Shown: positions 45,979 to 47,234 of the stretch, one piece after another
Layout: each line of letters begins with the position of its first letter
How positions within the stretch are numbered: the first letter of the stretch is position 1
From: a virus
Lineage: Duplodnaviria > Caudoviricetes
Reading direction: 5' to 3' (one strand)
DNA length: 47,234 nucleotides
Virus record (IMG/VR): IMGVR_UViG_3300008255_000181
Coordinates: 1-47,234 of that record
Made by a program: the position numbers and the translations under genes
Notes under the pieces: generated by a model
The model's input: only the letters and a program-made list of their open reading frames with translations
What the model was told of the DNA's origin: nothing
Database searches by the model: none

Positions 45979-46479
45979 ATGGTTTATAAAGATTACTTAA
46001 AACTATATAACAAATACAGACCTAAGTTAATTAAGTTATTTAATAATAAGGTCAAAGACCTAGATCTATCAGAGGATCTAGCGCAAGATACACTGACAAG
46101 AGTGTATGCTAAGATGGATACTTACAATGATAAGTATGCCATGTCTACATGGATATACTCCATAGCATTCAACATCCTAGCTGATCACTTCCGTTCAGCT
46201 TCAAGATCTCCTTCACTCAGCTTCTGCAAAGAGGTGTATGACAACGAACATACAGAGTCTACAGATTCCCCAGAGAATATAGCCATTGCTAATGAGCAAG
46301 AAGCTAAGTACGACACCATCCTAAACAAACTAAACAAAGATTACTTAGAAGCTTACACGCTTAAAGATATAACTGGCATGAGCTATGAAGAGATTTCTTC
46401 TCAGCTTAACGTTCCGATCAACACGATTAAGTCTCGTGTTAAGCGCGCGCGTGATCAGTTAGCTAAGGAGTTATCCTAA
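45979..46479 (+). CDS. ECF-type RNA polymerase sigma factor
   Basis: Region 2 SEDLAQDT...STWIYSIAFN...DHFR; region 4 GMSYEEIS..LNVPINTIKSRVKRAR. Confidence 0.92.
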   Translation: MVYKDYLKLYNKYRPKLIKLFNNKVKDLDLSEDLAQDTLTRVYAKMDTYNDKYAMSTWIYSIAFNILADHFRSASRSPSLSFCKEVYDNEHTESTDSPENIAIANEQEAKYDTILNKLNKDYLEAYTLKDITGMSYEEISSQLNVPINTIKSRVKRARDQLAKELS

Positions 46480-46502
46480 TAATAAATCGTTGAATAAAAC
46501 TT

Positions 46503-46536
46503 AAGCTCGCAACAGGTAATGCTGTCGGGCTTTTTT
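46503..46536 (+). terminator. Rho-independent terminator after the sigma gene
   Basis: AAGCTCG..ACAG/CTGT-CGGGCTT followed by T run. Confidence 0.65.
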
Positions 46537-46543
46537 ATTGCCC

Positions 46544-46573
46544 GAAACTTTTACCTCTACGCGCACGTACAAT
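46544..46573 (+). promoter_or_regulatory. Putative ECF-sigma promoter for the replication operon
   Basis: GAAACTTTTA-CCTCTACGCG-CACGTACAAT, directly after the terminator. Confidence 0.72.
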
Positions 46574-46612
46574 ACAGTACAATCAAAGTCACACTGTGTA
46601 ACCGGAGGTAGT

Positions 46613-46960
46613 ATGAAAGATATCAACATGCACAGCAAGAGCTTCCTCAACGATAGCCTTGAAGAGTTCGGCACTGTAGCTTGGCATGTGCAGGTAGCAT
46701 CTCATCAGTTCGATAGAGATGACGACTGTAAACATATCCCACGTAACGCAAACTTACATATCACAGACTGTCATGACGACATACACCTGTGCTTCTATCA
46801 CCGCAGTAAGGAAGACTACAAAGAACGCCTTGCTAAGTTAGATACCCTCATCAACGAACTTAAATCATTCCGTTCAGCTATGGTTAAGATGAATAGCTAC
46901 GGCCCCATGATGGAGAAACATCCTGATGTCATCAATCAACGAACTCAAGAAAAATCATAA
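46613..46960 (+). CDS. Hypothetical protein (start ATG 46613)
   Basis: GGAGGT SD. Confidence 0.7.
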   Translation: MKDINMHSKSFLNDSLEEFGTVAWHVQVASHQFDRDDDCKHIPRNANLHITDCHDDIHLCFYHRSKEDYKERLAKLDTLINELKSFRSAMVKMNSYGPMMEKHPDVINQRTQEKS

Positions 46961-47141
46961 GTATATATACAGCAGCCACACATCTAAGAACTGTAGTAAC
47001 TGTCACTACCATACACATGAGGAACAGTACAAGGGTGTTGAAGGTATGTCTGCTGATCTGTGTGTATTACCTAGAGAACTTAGTGATCACAGTCCTGTGA
47101 TCCTCATAACAACTGATGGAGTGTGTGATTCCTATGAGTAA
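46926..47141 (+). CDS. Small Cys/His-rich protein
   Basis: GGAG SD; CSNCHY...C...CDSYE. Confidence 0.65.
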   Translation: MSSINELKKNHKYIYSSHTSKNCSNCHYHTHEEQYKGVEGMSADLCVLPRELSDHSPVILITTDGVCDSYE

Positions 47142-47234
47142 AGTTCTTATATGCGGTAGCCGTACATGCACAGAGGATGTAGATAAACATCTCGCCCTGT
47201 GGTCTGAGTTAGAAAGTTTGTTGTGTGACTGGCA
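47134..47234 (+). CDS. 5' part of SLOG/YspA-like (DUF2493-type) protein; continues across the circular junction into 1..379
   Basis: ATG at 47134, MSKVLICGSR...; joins in frame through the 12-nt terminal overlap. Confidence 0.8.
   Translation, partial: MSKVLICGSRTCTEDVDKHLALWSELESLLCDW

Larger units (their letters stand above)
37588..46602. repeat. Dispersed 15-bp palindrome family GTTACAC-W-GTGTAAC
   Basis: Exact at 37588, 38824, 39806, 39953, 40642, 41031, 41259, 42132, 42747, 44510, 45811; GTTACACACTGTAAC at 37914, 39770, 43688; one mismatch at 44909, 46588; further variants at 35952, 35975, 2569, 6843. Confidence 0.95.

Noticed and set aside
37588-46602. Palindrome family as a CRISPR array
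   Set aside because: Repeat is only 15 bp, spacing is irregular (tens to >1000 bp), copies lie inside CDS, no cas genes.
37588-46602. Palindrome as integron attC, canonical parS, matS or pho box
   Set aside because: attC has AAC...GTT in the opposite order and no integrase is present; parS has no central base; matS spacer is 3 nt; pho boxes are 11-bp direct repeats.
1-47234. Prophage, integrase, repressor or single-subunit RNA polymerase
   Set aside because: No such motifs in any ORF and no host genes; the genome closes on itself.

Overview
The window is a complete, circularly permuted ~47.2 kb lytic podovirus genome. The first and last 12 nt (GTGTGACTGGCA) overlap, and one ORF reads through the junction. 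It has T7-type replication genes and a podoviral virion module but no RNA polymerase. Gene content and the two-arm layout resemble VpV262/SIO1/phiRIO-1-like phages (Zobellviridae-like; inferred, not searched). Spanins and sigma54, Fur and IHF sites point to a Gram-negative, probably proteobacterial, host. The plus arm (~35.7 kb, through the window end, to 9.97 kb) carries early genes, an ECF sigma factor, then SLOG protein, primase-helicase, phosphoesterase, a split PolA, SSB-like protein, a tRNA-like RNA, RNA ligase, exonuclease and endonuclease. The minus arm (35.4 to 9.96 kb) carries lysis, fibre, terminase, portal, capsid, tail and ejection genes. The most unusual content is non-coding and lies in the early ~11 kb: (1) about 18 copies or near-copies of a 15-bp palindrome GTTACAC-W-GTGTAAC, three inside one CDS, plus two more in the replication genes; (2) a series of large structured RNA-like cassettes, often bracketed by that palindrome; (3) a control region with three sigma54 promoters, a Fur box, an IHF site and an enhancer-like inverted repeat; (4) three matching promoters that probably define the regulon of the phage sigma factor. 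A hidden overlapping ArfA-like ORF, three tandem fibre paralogues and two frameshifts were also found. All calls were made by eye from motifs; no database searches were run.
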